Assembly: GCF_048403405.1 (NCBI RefSeq)
Contig: NZ_CP183129.1
DNA length: 64,000 nt
Reading direction: 5' to 3' (one strand)
DNA from: Escherichia coli
GTDB lineage: Bacteria > Pseudomonadota > Gammaproteobacteria > Enterobacterales > Enterobacteriaceae
Shown: in pieces, positions 12,563-23,919 of the stretch
How the letters are laid out: each line of letters begins with the position of its first letter
How positions within the stretch are numbered: the first letter of the stretch is position 1
Notes under the pieces: generated by a model
The model's database searches: none
Seen by the model: only the letters and a program-made list of their open reading frames with translations
Told to the model about the DNA's origin: nothing
Translations under genes and position numbers: made by a program

Positions 12563-12946
12563 GTGTTACAACTTCTTTTAGCAGTTTTTATTGGCGGTGG
12601 TACGGGAAGCGTGGCGAGATGGCTGTTAAGTATGCGATTTAACCCGCTGCATCAAGCGATTCCGTTGGGGACGCTGGCTGCAAACCTGATTGGGGCATTC
12701 ATCATAGGAATGGGATTCGCCTGGTTTAGCAGGATGACGAACATTGATCCAGTGTGGAAAGTATTAATCACCACCGGATTTTGTGGCGGTCTAACAACCT
12801 TCTCAACATTTTCGGCAGAAGTGGTGTTTTTGTTACAAGAGGGCCGCTTTGGCTGGGCGTTACTGAACGTTTTCGTCAACCTTTTGGGGTCTTTTGCCAT
12901 GACCGCACTGGCTTTCTGGCTGTTTTCCGCCTCAACCGCACACTAA
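12563..12946 (+). CDS. crcB: Fluoride channel CrcB/FluC
   Basis: 127-aa four-TM ORF, GTG start. Confidence 0.9.
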
Positions 12947-12952
12947 AGACCA

Positions 12953-12980
12953 AAAAAAACCCGCTGATTAAGCGGGTTTT
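12953..12980. terminator. Bidirectional terminator between crcB and cspE
   Basis: AAAAAAAACCCGCTGATTAAGCGGGTTTT hairpin between convergent genes. Confidence 0.8.
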
Positions 12981-12999
12981 GAATTCTTGCTGACGTATC

Positions 13000-13209
13000 T
13001 TACAGAGCGATTACGTTTGCAGCAGAAGGGCCTTTGGCACCGTTAGTGATTTCGAACTCTACGCGCTGACCTTCAGCAAGAGTTTTAAAACCATTAGTCT
13101 GGATTGCAGAGAAGTGTACGAACACGTCTTTGCTGCCGTCTTCCGGAGTAATGAAACCGAATCCTTTGGACTCATTAAACCACTTAACGTTACCTTTAAT
13201 CTTAGACAT
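13000..13209 (-). CDS. cspE: Cold-shock-domain protein CspE
   Basis: 69-aa CSD protein ([20 protein letters not shown]...); ORF-track N-terminal extension rejected. Confidence 0.95.
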
Positions 13210-13383
13210 CAAAATTACCTTTACATGAAAAATAGACACAAATGCTGTGTCGGTTACCAGTACACCAATTGTGGTACGCTTTGTCCAGTGCAACTTTACT
13301 AAAAAGTGATAAAAGTCGCGTTATTTTTGATGTTACTTATTTTAGTTATTGATTTTAAAGAAGTTACTAAAACTTCATTTGTC

Positions 13384-13944
13384 TCAAAACTGAAAGCGCA
13401 TCCAGGCAAAGTACACATTGCCATTGTTGTAGGTACCCGGAATGTAGGTCATCTGAAAAGTCACTGGGCCATAACCCACGGAGGCCAATGGCAGTAGAAC
13501 CGGGAGAGGGATGTAATTCCAGTTATCGCGTGCCGTTACGCCAGCGGTGAATCCCAGACCTAAATGAAAATTTTCATCCGCCAGCGGTCGCCAGGTACTT
13601 TCCCATCCGTATCCGGCAATCGGTTCCCATTTGTTCCACGAGTCCTTAAATGCCATGGCATACAGGCCATGCCAGTTTCCTTTTTCATCCCAACGCGACT
13701 GACCAAAACCGCCACCCCACGGTCGCTCGTTATAGCGATCGGTTTTTTCTTTGTCGTAAGCGAAACGTGCATGCCAGGTGATGGCAGGAATATATAAATC
13801 ATAATGTTCAGGCTGTTGCCAGGTTTGTGCAATATTTTCTCTAAACGTTGTCATCCACTCATCTGCGTTAGCAAAAACTTTACCAACGCTGATTAACTGA
13901 ATAAAAACAAAGGAAAAGATAGCGACATATTGACTCACGTTCAT
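13384..13944 (-). CDS. pagP: Lipid A palmitoyltransferase PagP
   Basis: 186 aa from MNVS...; outer-membrane beta-barrel acyltransferase; 8-codon ORF-track extension rejected. Confidence 0.9.
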   Translation of the reverse strand: MNVSQYVAIFSFVFIQLISVGKVFANADEWMTTFRENIAQTWQQPEHYDLYIPAITWHARFAYDKEKTDRYNERPWGGGFGQSRWDEKGNWHGLYAMAFKDSWNKWEPIAGYGWESTWRPLADENFHLGLGFTAGVTARDNWNYIPLPVLLPLASVGYGPVTFQMTYIPGTYNNGNVYFAWMRFQF

Positions 13945-14429
13945 TTGTGACCATAAAACATTTATCAAAAATCTACTACTAGCATAGCAAAGCTACAATT
14001 AACATAACCTTAATAGCCCCAACATGAAGAATAATCTGAATAGCTGCTCTATTTATTTCCGCTTGTTCAAGATAAATATTTCCGCGCATCGATTAAAGAT
14101 GATTCGTCGTTTTCTGCGATGGGAATAGTCAAAAAAGAAAAACCAAGTATTTTTTGATGACAAAATGCAACCAAGGAAAAATTTCTTTATTTTTTAATTG
14201 GATACAAAAATCACCTTAACGAAGAATATAATATATATCGTCAACCCATGCTCATGGCAGATTATTTTCTGAGCACGCAACCGCAGCTAACACCATTGCT
14301 ATTAACAAATTTGCATCAATCCGCCATCAATTTACACACATTATTATGTGGTAATTGCCAAACGCTAAATATGCGTTTTGTTATCTATGTATAAAAACAG
14401 CAACTTCAATGTCTTAATGGCAGTTTTTC

Positions 14430-14443
14430 TTGATTTTAATCAG
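14430..14443. promoter_or_regulatory. Candidate FNR-type site (TTGAT-N4-ATCAG) upstream of dcuC
   Basis: TTGATTTTAATCAG about 95 bp upstream of the dcuC ATG; dcuC is an anaerobic C4-dicarboxylate carrier. Confidence 0.35.
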
Positions 14444-14532
14444 CATTCACCGCCAATTTATTGGGCATATTTTTTCCTTAAGTTTTAGGAATTTTTTATT
14501 ATTTACTTTGGGGCCTGGAGACAGGAAAAATT

Positions 14533-15918
14533 ATGCTGACATTCATTGAACTCCTTATTGGGGTTGTGGTTATTGTGGGTGTAGCTCGCTACATCATTAA
14601 AGGGTATTCCGCCACTGGCGTGTTATTTGTCGGTGGCCTGTTATTGCTGATTATCAGTGCCATTATGGGGCACAAAGTGTTACCGTCCAGCCAGGCTTCA
14701 ACAGGCTACAGCGCCACGGATATCGTTGAATACGTTAAAATATTGCTAATGAGCCGCGGCGGCGACCTCGGCATGATGATTATGATGCTGTGTGGCTTTG
14801 CCGCTTACATGACCCATATCGGCGCGAATGATATGGTGGTCAAGCTGGCGTCAAAACCATTGCAGTATATTAACTCCCCTTACCTGCTGATGATTGCCGC
14901 CTATTTTGTCGCCTGTCTGATGTCTCTGGCCGTCTCTTCCGCGACCGGTCTGGGTGTTTTGCTGATGGCAACCCTGTTTCCGGTGATGGTAAACGTTGGT
15001 ATCAGCCGTGGTGCAGCTGCTGCTATTTGTGCCTCCCCGGCGGCGATTATTCTCGCACCGACTTCAGGGGATGTGGTGCTGGCGGCGCAGGCTTCCGAAA
15101 TGTCGCTGATTGACTTCGCCTTCAAAACGACGCTGCCTATCTCAATTGCTGCAATTATCGGCATGGCGATCGCCCACTTCTTCTGGCAACGTTATCTGGA
15201 TAAAAAAGAGCACATCTCTCATGAAATGTTAGATGTCAGTGAAATCACCACCACTGCTCCTGCGTTTTATGCCATTTTGCCGTTCACGCCGATCATCGGA
15301 GTGCTGATTTTTGACGGCAAATGGGGTCCGCAATTACACATCATCACTATTCTGGTGATTTGTATGCTGATTGCCTCCATTCTGGAGTTCATCCGCAGCT
15401 TTAATACCCAGAAAGTTTTCTCTGGTCTGGAAGTGGCTTATCGCGGGATGGCAGATGCGTTTGCTAACGTGGTGATGCTGCTGGTTGCCGCTGGGGTATT
15501 CGCTCAGGGGCTTAGCACCATCGGCTTTATTCAAAGTCTGATTTCTATCGCCACCTCGTTTGGTTCGGCGAGTATCATCCTGATGCTGGTATTAGTGATC
15601 CTGACAATGCTGGCGGCAGTCACGACCGGTTCAGGCAATGCGCCGTTTTATGCGTTTGTTGAGATGATCCCGAAACTGGCGCACTCTTCCGGCATTAACC
15701 CGGCGTATTTGACTATCCCAATGCTGCAGGCGTCAAACCTCGGTCGTACCCTGTCACCCGTTTCTGGCGTAGTCGTTGCGGTTGCCGGGATGGCGAAAAT
15801 CTCACCATTTGAAGTCGTAAAACGCACCTCGGTGCCGGTGCTTGTTGGTTTGGTGATTGTTATCGTTGCTACAGAGCTGATGGTGCCAGGAACGGCAGCC
15901 GCGGTCACAGGCAAGTAA
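14533..15918 (+). CDS. dcuC: Anaerobic C4-dicarboxylate transporter DcuC
   Basis: 461-aa polytopic membrane ORF. Confidence 0.9.
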   Translation: MLTFIELLIGVVVIVGVARYIIKGYSATGVLFVGGLLLLIISAIMGHKVLPSSQASTGYSATDIVEYVKILLMSRGGDLGMMIMMLCGFAAYMTHIGANDMVVKLASKPLQYINSPYLLMIAAYFVACLMSLAVSSATGLGVLLMATLFPVMVNVGISRGAAAAICASPAAIILAPTSGDVVLAAQASEMSLIDFAFKTTLPISIAAIIGMAIAHFFWQRYLDKKEHISHEMLDVSEITTTAPAFYAILPFTPIIGVLIFDGKWGPQLHIITILVICMLIASILEFIRSFNTQKVFSGLEVAYRGMADAFANVVMLLVAAGVFAQGLSTIGFIQSLISIATSFGSASIILMLVLVILTMLAAVTTGSGNAPFYAFVEMIPKLAHSSGINPAYLTIPMLQASNLGRTLSPVSGVVVAVAGMAKISPFEVVKRTSVPVLVGLVIVIVATELMVPGTAAAVTGK

Positions 15919-15926
15919 ATAGTCAT

Positions 15927-15953
15927 GCCGGAGGCAAGTTTCCTCCGGCTTTA
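15927..15953. terminator. Bidirectional terminator between dcuC and dpiA
   Basis: GCCGGAGGCAAGTTTCCTCCGGC hairpin followed by TTTA. Confidence 0.7.
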
Positions 15954-15958
15954 TCATG

Positions 15959-16639
15959 TCACCCACTGTGGTATATGCGTTGCGGTCTGCCAACTTTGCC
16001 GTGAACAATTTCAGCAATAATCAGATGGCGGCTGGCGCAATATTCAAGATAACGTCTGGCAGTGGTGCGGCTGATAGTCAGTGCCTGCGCCACCGTTTCT
16101 GCCGTATGTTGCACACCAGGCTCTTTAAACAGTTTTCGCACTGCGTTTAGCGTCAAGGGGTCAATGCCGGTCGGCAGTTCGTCTTTGGGTTCACCGCGAG
16201 CATAGGCATTAAACATCTCATCAATTTGCTTCTGGCTGGCGCTATCAATACTTTCCAGCATATGTTTACGCTGGCGGAAACGGGTTAGCGTTTGCCCCAG
16301 ACGTTCATAGGCAATTGGCTTAATGAGATAATCAAATACACCACAACGTACGGCTTCAGACACCGTTTCCATATCACTGGCTGCAGTGGTAAACACCACG
16401 TCGCCGGGATAATGCGCCTGCACCAGTTCATGCAGTAAATTAATCCCTCTACCGTCAGGAAGATAGTTATCGAGCAAGATTAGCCCCGGCTTAAAACGCT
16501 CGATCATCATTCGGGCCTGCGCCAGGTTTCCCGCCAGTAATATCTGACTGAATCCGGGAATGTGACGAATATATTCCGCATGCATCTCTGCCAGCGGCGT
16601 TTCGTCCTCAACGATCAATAGGGTTAATGGAGCTGTCAT
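15959..16639 (-). CDS. dpiA: Two-component response regulator DpiA (CitB)
   Basis: 226-aa ORF, receiver domain (LIVEDE...D) plus C-terminal HTH. Confidence 0.9.
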   Translation of the reverse strand: MTAPLTLLIVEDETPLAEMHAEYIRHIPGFSQILLAGNLAQARMMIERFKPGLILLDNYLPDGRGINLLHELVQAHYPGDVVFTTAASDMETVSEAVRCGVFDYLIKPIAYERLGQTLTRFRQRKHMLESIDSASQKQIDEMFNAYARGEPKDELPTGIDPLTLNAVRKLFKEPGVQHTAETVAQALTISRTTARRYLEYCASRHLIIAEIVHGKVGRPQRIYHSG

Positions 16640-18266
16640 TAGGTTTCACTTTCGGAATATAGATTGAAAATAAGGTACCGCAGGGATCATTATCTTCGAG
16701 AGTGATAACACCACCGCAGCGCGTTACGTAGCTGGCAATCAAGTACAACCCAATGCCATGTTCACCGGGCTCGTCAGCACGCGTACTGACACCCTGCTCA
16801 AATATTTTGTCTCGTAGAGACTCTGGAACGCCGCAGCCCTGATCGGCGACTTCAATCACCACATCATCGCCTTCATCGCTGAGGAATAATTCAACGATCT
16901 TGTTTCCTTCATCGCTACGTAGGCTGGCTTCGAAGGCGTTATCAAGTAAATTGCCAACAATGGCTGCAAACTCGGTGCTGTCCAGTCCTGGCGGCAGTTG
17001 CGAAAGCTGACTTCCGGGGACGATGACCATTTTTAGCCCCAGTTCGCGGGCGCGCTGCACTTTACCAAAAAGCAGCCCCGCCACCTGGCGATCGGCAAAC
17101 GCCTCGCGCAGGCTATCAATAAGCTGTTGCTGGGCCTGAGACTCCCCCTGCACCATCGCCAACACGCGATCATACTCTTTCATCTGCAACAGACCATTGA
17201 GCGTCGACATCCAATTGAGATGCTCGTGTCGCAATGTGCGCAGGCTCTCGACGTATTGTTTAATTTGCGTCAGTTGCGCATTGAGGGTGGATATTTCGTC
17301 TTTACTACGAAAGCTGATAATGGCCCCCAGCAAATCATCACCAGAACGAATAGCTTCCCGGTTGGCAATAACGCTCAGACCGTTAAAGTTCGCCACCACA
17401 TCCTGTCGTTTTTCATCAATCTGTTCGGTAAAGAAATCGGCGGGCCTGACCACTTCAGCAATGGGTTTACCCAACCATTGCCGTCCGGGGGAGCTCAGCC
17501 CCAGCATCTTTCTTGCGTTACGATTGATGGCGGTAATGTAACCGTGCGGATCCACCGCAATGAGCCCTTCATAAACCGAACTAAACAGCGCCTCTTGCTG
17601 ACGGACCACGCGTGCGATTTGCTTTGGCTCCATGCCCATCATCTGCCGACGGATATGCGCGGCCAGGAACCACGACAGCAACATCAGAATCCCTAACAGC
17701 ACGACAAACACGCCAGCCATCGGTAATAAAAACTCAGCCCGCCAGCTATCGATTTTACTCACCAGGTAGCCAATCGACACCACGCCGATGACTTTTCCAT
17801 CGTCATCAAAGATTGGCGTTTTGGCACGCATCGCCATGCCAATTGACCCTTTCCCGGTGATGAAGTAGCTCTCCCCTTTCTCCAGCGCGCCCGGTTTGGT
17901 GAACTGCATAGGATAACCAATTTTCTCCGGATTAGGATGGTAAAGACGAATCGAGTGCCGATCGCCAATCACCACATAATCGAAATCAGTATCTCTTTGT
18001 AATTTGTCAGCGATGGTCGCCAGCCTCTTGTAGTCACGCGTTTTCACTGCGCTGATGATACTGTCATTAGAAGCAATAATTTTTGCCTGATTCATTGCCA
18101 TGTCGCGCACATGAAGCGTTAAATAGTCCTCAAAACTGGCCGTAAAATATTGCGCCAGGGCTGCAATGACAAATATTGAGAACACCAGAATCAGCAAAAA
18201 GATACGCAGCGGAAATGCCAGTCTTTGGAAAAATGCAAACTGTTTATTCTCGTTAAGCTGCAACAT
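16608..18266 (-). CDS. dpiB: Sensor histidine kinase DpiB (CitA), citrate sensing
   Basis: 552 aa from MLQLNENKQ...; two TM segments, PAS and HATPase regions; overlaps dpiA by 32 bp. Confidence 0.9.
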   Translation of the reverse strand: MLQLNENKQFAFFQRLAFPLRIFLLILVFSIFVIAALAQYFTASFEDYLTLHVRDMAMNQAKIIASNDSIISAVKTRDYKRLATIADKLQRDTDFDYVVIGDRHSIRLYHPNPEKIGYPMQFTKPGALEKGESYFITGKGSIGMAMRAKTPIFDDDGKVIGVVSIGYLVSKIDSWRAEFLLPMAGVFVVLLGILMLLSWFLAAHIRRQMMGMEPKQIARVVRQQEALFSSVYEGLIAVDPHGYITAINRNARKMLGLSSPGRQWLGKPIAEVVRPADFFTEQIDEKRQDVVANFNGLSVIANREAIRSGDDLLGAIISFRSKDEISTLNAQLTQIKQYVESLRTLRHEHLNWMSTLNGLLQMKEYDRVLAMVQGESQAQQQLIDSLREAFADRQVAGLLFGKVQRARELGLKMVIVPGSQLSQLPPGLDSTEFAAIVGNLLDNAFEASLRSDEGNKIVELFLSDEGDDVVIEVADQGCGVPESLRDKIFEQGVSTRADEPGEHGIGLYLIASYVTRCGGVITLEDNDPCGTLFSIYIPKVKPNDSSINPIDR

Positions 18267-18644
18267 TGTTTTCCTTGCGGGTTGTCCCGAGCCTCTTTGA
18301 CGAATGTAATTAAAATGTTGAATCAAAATACATAGATATTAAATATAATCGTGGCAAATTTTATTCATTAAATCAATTAAATCACTTAAACCTGCGGGTC
18401 ACTTCGTAATTACATTAATTAAAAAACTTAAAACCATTAAATAAATAAAAAACCACTAACTCTATGTGAAATAAATCAAAATTTCACGCTGCAATACTCC
18501 TTAGGATGTATAGCGAAAGGAGAAAAAGATATACCTCGATCGCCCCCTTTCTCCCAAGTGAAAATAAAAGGTTATCAGTTTGCAACATCGAACAACATTT
18601 GTTGCAAATCGATAACAACATGCACCTTCAGGATACTATTTATT

Positions 18645-19703
18645 ATGTTCGGCAATGATATTTTCACCCGTGTAAAACGTTCAGAAAATAAAAAAATGGC
18701 GGAAATCGCCCAATTCCTGCATGAAAATGATTTGAGCGTTGACACCACAGTCGAAGTATTTATTACCGTAACCCGCGATGAAAAGCTTATCGCGTGCGGT
18801 GGAATTGCCGGAAATATTATTAAATGCGTTGCTATCAGTGAATCCGTTCGCGGTGAAGGACTGGCGCTGACATTAGCCACCGAGCTAATTAACCTCGCCT
18901 ATGAGCGGCACAGCACGCATCTGTTTATTTATACCAAAACCGAATACGAGGCGCTGTTCCGCCAGTGCGGTTTTTCCACGCTGACCAGTGTACCCGGCGT
19001 GATGGTGCTGATGGAAAACAGCGCCACGCGACTGAAACGCTATGCCGAATCGCTGAAAAAATTTCGTCATCCAGGGAACAAGATTGGCTGCATTGTGATG
19101 AACGCCAATCCCTTTACGAATGGTCACCGTTATCTGATTCAACAAGCTGCGGCACAGTGCGACTGGTTGCATCTGTTTTTAGTTAAAGAAGATTCTTCAC
19201 GCTTTCCCTATGAAGACCGGCTGGATCTGGTGTTAAAAGGCACCGCCGATATTCCACGCCTGACTGTGCATCGCGGCTCCGAATACATCATCTCCCGCGC
19301 TACGTTCCCTTGCTACTTCATTAAAGAACAGAGCGTCATTAACCATTGTTACACCGAAATTGATCTGAAGATTTTCCGTCAGTACCTCGCTCCCGCGCTG
19401 GGTGTAACTCACCGCTTTGTCGGTACTGAACCCTTTTGTCGCGTTACCGCCCAGTACAACCAGGATATGCGCTACTGGCTGGAAACGCCGACTATCTCCG
19501 CACCGCCCATCGAACTGGTTGAAATTGAGCGGCTGCGTTACCAGGAGATGCCGATATCCGCTTCCCGGGTACGTCAACTGCTGGCGAAAAACGATCTCAC
19601 GGCTATCGCGCCGCTGGTCCCTGCAGTCACGCTGCATTATTTGCAGAACCTGCTTGAGCACTCCCGCCAGGACGCGGCAGCTCGTCAAAAGACCCCCGCA
19701 TGA
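18645..19703 (+). CDS. citC: [Citrate (pro-3S)-lyase] ligase
   Basis: 352 aa from MFGNDIF...; ORF-track 29-aa N-terminal extension rejected. Confidence 0.85.
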   Translation: MFGNDIFTRVKRSENKKMAEIAQFLHENDLSVDTTVEVFITVTRDEKLIACGGIAGNIIKCVAISESVRGEGLALTLATELINLAYERHSTHLFIYTKTEYEALFRQCGFSTLTSVPGVMVLMENSATRLKRYAESLKKFRHPGNKIGCIVMNANPFTNGHRYLIQQAAAQCDWLHLFLVKEDSSRFPYEDRLDLVLKGTADIPRLTVHRGSEYIISRATFPCYFIKEQSVINHCYTEIDLKIFRQYLAPALGVTHRFVGTEPFCRVTAQYNQDMRYWLETPTISAPPIELVEIERLRYQEMPISASRVRQLLAKNDLTAIAPLVPAVTLHYLQNLLEHSRQDAAARQKTPA

Positions 19704-19717
19704 GAAACAGGTGAAAA

Positions 19718-20014
19718 ATGAAAATAAACCAGCCCGCCGTTGCAGGCACCCTTGAGTCTGGGGATGTGATGATACGCATCGCCCCACTCGATACGCAGGA
19801 TATCGACCTGCAAATCAACAGCAGCGTTGAGAAACAGTTTGGCGATGCAATTCGCACCACCATTCTGGACGTTCTCGCCCGCTACAACGTGCGCGGCGTA
19901 CAGCTGAATGTCGATGATAAAGGCGCACTGGACTGCATTTTACGTGCACGACTGGAAGCCCTGCTGGCACGCGCCAGCGGTATCCCGGCTCTGCCATGGG
20001 AGGATTGCCAATGA
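19718..20014 (+). CDS. citD: Citrate lyase acyl carrier protein (gamma subunit)
   Basis: 98-aa ORF. Confidence 0.9.
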
Positions 20015-20919
20015 TTTCCGCTTCGCTGCAACAACGTAAAACTCGCACCCGCCGCAGCATGTTGTTTGTGCCTGGTGCCAATGCCGCGATGGTCAGCAAC
20101 TCCTTCATCTACCCGGCTGATGCCCTGATGTTTGACCTCGAAGACTCCGTGGCATTACGTGAAAAAGACACCGCCCGCCGCATGGTTTACCACGCGCTGC
20201 AACATCCGCTGTATCGCGATATTGAAACCATTGTGCGTGTCAACGCGCTGGATTCCGAATGGGGTGTCAACGACCTGGAAGCCGTCGTTCGCGGTGGTGC
20301 GGACGTTGTGCGTCTGCCGAAAACCGATACCGCTCAGGATGTTCTGGATATCGAAAAAGAGATCCTGCGTATCGAAAAAGCCTGTGGTCGTGAACCCGGC
20401 AGCACCGGCTTGCTGGCGGCGATTGAATCTCCGCTGGGCATTACCCGCGCAGTGGAAATCGCTCACGCTTCCGAGCGTTTGATCGGTATCGCCCTCGGTG
20501 CAGAAGACTATGTGCGCAACCTGCGTACAGAACGCTCCCCGGAAGGAACTGAACTGCTGTTCGCACGCTGCTCCATTTTGCAGGCCGCGCGCTCTGCGGG
20601 TATTCAGGCGTTCGATACCGTCTATTCCGACGCTAACAACGAAGCCGGATTCCTGCAAGAAGCCGCCCACATCAAACAGCTGGGCTTTGACGGCAAATCG
20701 CTGATCAACCCGCGTCAGATTGATCTGCTGCACAACCTCTACGCACCGACCCAGAAAGAAGTGGATCACGCCCGCCGCGTCGTAGAAGCCGCTGAAGCCG
20801 CCGCTCGCGAAGGCCTCGGCGTGGTTTCCCTGAATGGCAAGATGGTGGACGGTCCGGTTATCGATCGCGCCCGTCTGGTGCTCTCCCGCGCAGAACTTTC
20901 CGGCATCCGCGAAGAATAA
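20011..20919 (+). CDS. citE: Citrate lyase beta subunit (citryl-CoA lyase)
   Basis: 302 aa from MISASLQQ...; ATGA overlap with citD stop. Confidence 0.9.
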
Positions 20920-20929
20920 GGCAATCAAA

Positions 20930-22462
20930 ATGACGCAGAAAATTGAACAATCTCAACGACAAGAACGGGTAGCGGCCTGGAATCGTCGCGCTGAATGCGA
21001 TCTTGCCACTTTCCAAAACTCACCAAAGCAAACCTACCAGGCTGAAAAAGCGCGCGATCGCAAACTGTGCGCCAACCTGGAAGAAGCGATTCGTCGCTCG
21101 GGTTTACAGGACGGCATGACGGTTTCCTTCCATCACGCTTTCCGTGGCGGTGACCTGACCGTCAATATGGTGATGGACGTCATCGCGAAGATGGGCTTTA
21201 AAAACCTGACTCTGGCCTCCAGCTCCCTGAGTGATTGCCATGCGCCGCTGGTAGAACACATTCGCCAGGGCGTGGTTACCCGCATTTATACCTCTGGCCT
21301 GCGCGGTCCACTGGCGGAAGAAATCTCCCGTGGTCTGCTGGCGGAACCGGTGCAAATCCACTCTCACGGCGGACGTGTGCATCTGGTACAGAGCGGCGAA
21401 CTGAATATAGACGTGGCTTTCCTCGGCGTCCCGTCCTGTGATGAATTCGGTAATGCCAACGGCTACACCGGTAAAGCCTGCTGCGGCTCCCTCGGCTATG
21501 CAATGGTTGATGCCGACAACGCGAAACAGGTTGTGATGCTCACTGAAGAACTGCTGCCTTATCCGCATAATCCGGCAAGCATTGAGCAAGATCAGGTTGA
21601 TCTGATCGTCAAAGTTGATCGCGTTGGCGATGCCGCGAAAATCGGCGCTGGCGCGACCCGTATGACCACTAACCCGCGCGAACTGCTTATTGCCCGTAGC
21701 GCTGCGGATGTGATTGTCAACTCTGGCTACTTCAAAGAAGGTTTCTCCATGCAGACCGGCACCGGCGGCGCATCGCTGGCGGTAACCCGTTTCCTGGAAG
21801 ACAAAATGCGTAGCCGCGATATTCGCGCCGACTTCGCCCTTGGCGGTATTACCGCGACGATGGTTGACCTGCACGAAAAAGGTCTGATCCGCAAACTGCT
21901 GGATGTGCAGAGCTTTGACAGCCACGCTGCGCAATCGCTGGCCCGTAACCCCAATCACATCGAAATCAGCGCCAACCAGTACGCTAACTGGGGGTCGAAA
22001 GGTGCATCGGTTGATCGTCTCGACGTGGTGGTACTAAGCGCGCTGGAAATTGACACCCAGTTCAACGTTAACGTGCTGACCGGCTCTGACGGCGTACTGC
22101 GTGGTGCTTCCGGTGGTCACTGCGATACCGCGATTGCCTCTGCGCTTTCCATCATCGTCGCGCCGCTGGTACGCGGTCGTATTCCGACTCTGGTGGATAA
22201 CGTGCTGACCTGCATCACCCCGGGCTCCAGTGTCGATATTCTGGTCACAGACCACGGTATCGCAGTTAACCCGGCACGTCCGGAACTGGCAGAACGTCTG
22301 CAGGAAGCGGGCATTAAAGTGGTTTCCATTGAGTGGCTGCGTGAACGTGCGCGTCTGCTGACCGGTGAACCACAGCCGATTGAATTCACCGACCGCGTCG
22401 TTGCCGTTGTGCGTTACCGCGATGGCTCGGTGATCGATGTTGTGCATCAGGTGAAGGAATAA
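20930..22462 (+). CDS. citF: Citrate lyase alpha subunit (citrate CoA-transferase)
   Basis: 510 aa from MTQKIEQ...; ORF-track extension overlaps citE and was rejected. Confidence 0.9.
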   Translation: MTQKIEQSQRQERVAAWNRRAECDLATFQNSPKQTYQAEKARDRKLCANLEEAIRRSGLQDGMTVSFHHAFRGGDLTVNMVMDVIAKMGFKNLTLASSSLSDCHAPLVEHIRQGVVTRIYTSGLRGPLAEEISRGLLAEPVQIHSHGGRVHLVQSGELNIDVAFLGVPSCDEFGNANGYTGKACCGSLGYAMVDADNAKQVVMLTEELLPYPHNPASIEQDQVDLIVKVDRVGDAAKIGAGATRMTTNPRELLIARSAADVIVNSGYFKEGFSMQTGTGGASLAVTRFLEDKMRSRDIRADFALGGITATMVDLHEKGLIRKLLDVQSFDSHAAQSLARNPNHIEISANQYANWGSKGASVDRLDVVVLSALEIDTQFNVNVLTGSDGVLRGASGGHCDTAIASALSIIVAPLVRGRIPTLVDNVLTCITPGSSVDILVTDHGIAVNPARPELAERLQEAGIKVVSIEWLRERARLLTGEPQPIEFTDRVVAVVRYRDGSVIDVVHQVKE

Positions 22463-22465
22463 GCC

Positions 22466-23870
<1,405 letters not shown>

Positions 23871-23919
23871 TTATTTAAGCACTTGATAAAATTGGAATAT
23901 TAATTGTCGGAGAACCCGT

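Noticed and set aside
14024-14098. Short ORFs within the pagP-dcuC AT-rich spacer
   Set aside because: No RBS, low-complexity AT-rich codons, and such ORFs arise by chance in AT-rich DNA.
16608-18326. Longer N-terminal starts offered by the ORF track (dpiB 572 aa, citC 381 aa, citF 542 aa, entF 1339 aa, fepC 318 aa, entD 256 aa, ybdF 162 aa, ahpF 531 aa, dsbG 268 aa)
   Set aside because: The extensions overlap upstream genes, REP or Fur-box DNA, or lack an RBS; internal starts matching the known protein N-termini with proper SD spacing were used instead.
21104-21958. 284-aa ORF antisense to citF (similar antisense ORFs at 10196..11044 in lipA, 20155..20928 in citE, 28100..28768 in ahpF, 35661..36173 in ybdH)
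   Set aside because: Long antisense frames are common in GC-rich enterobacterial genes; each lies entirely inside a well-supported gene.
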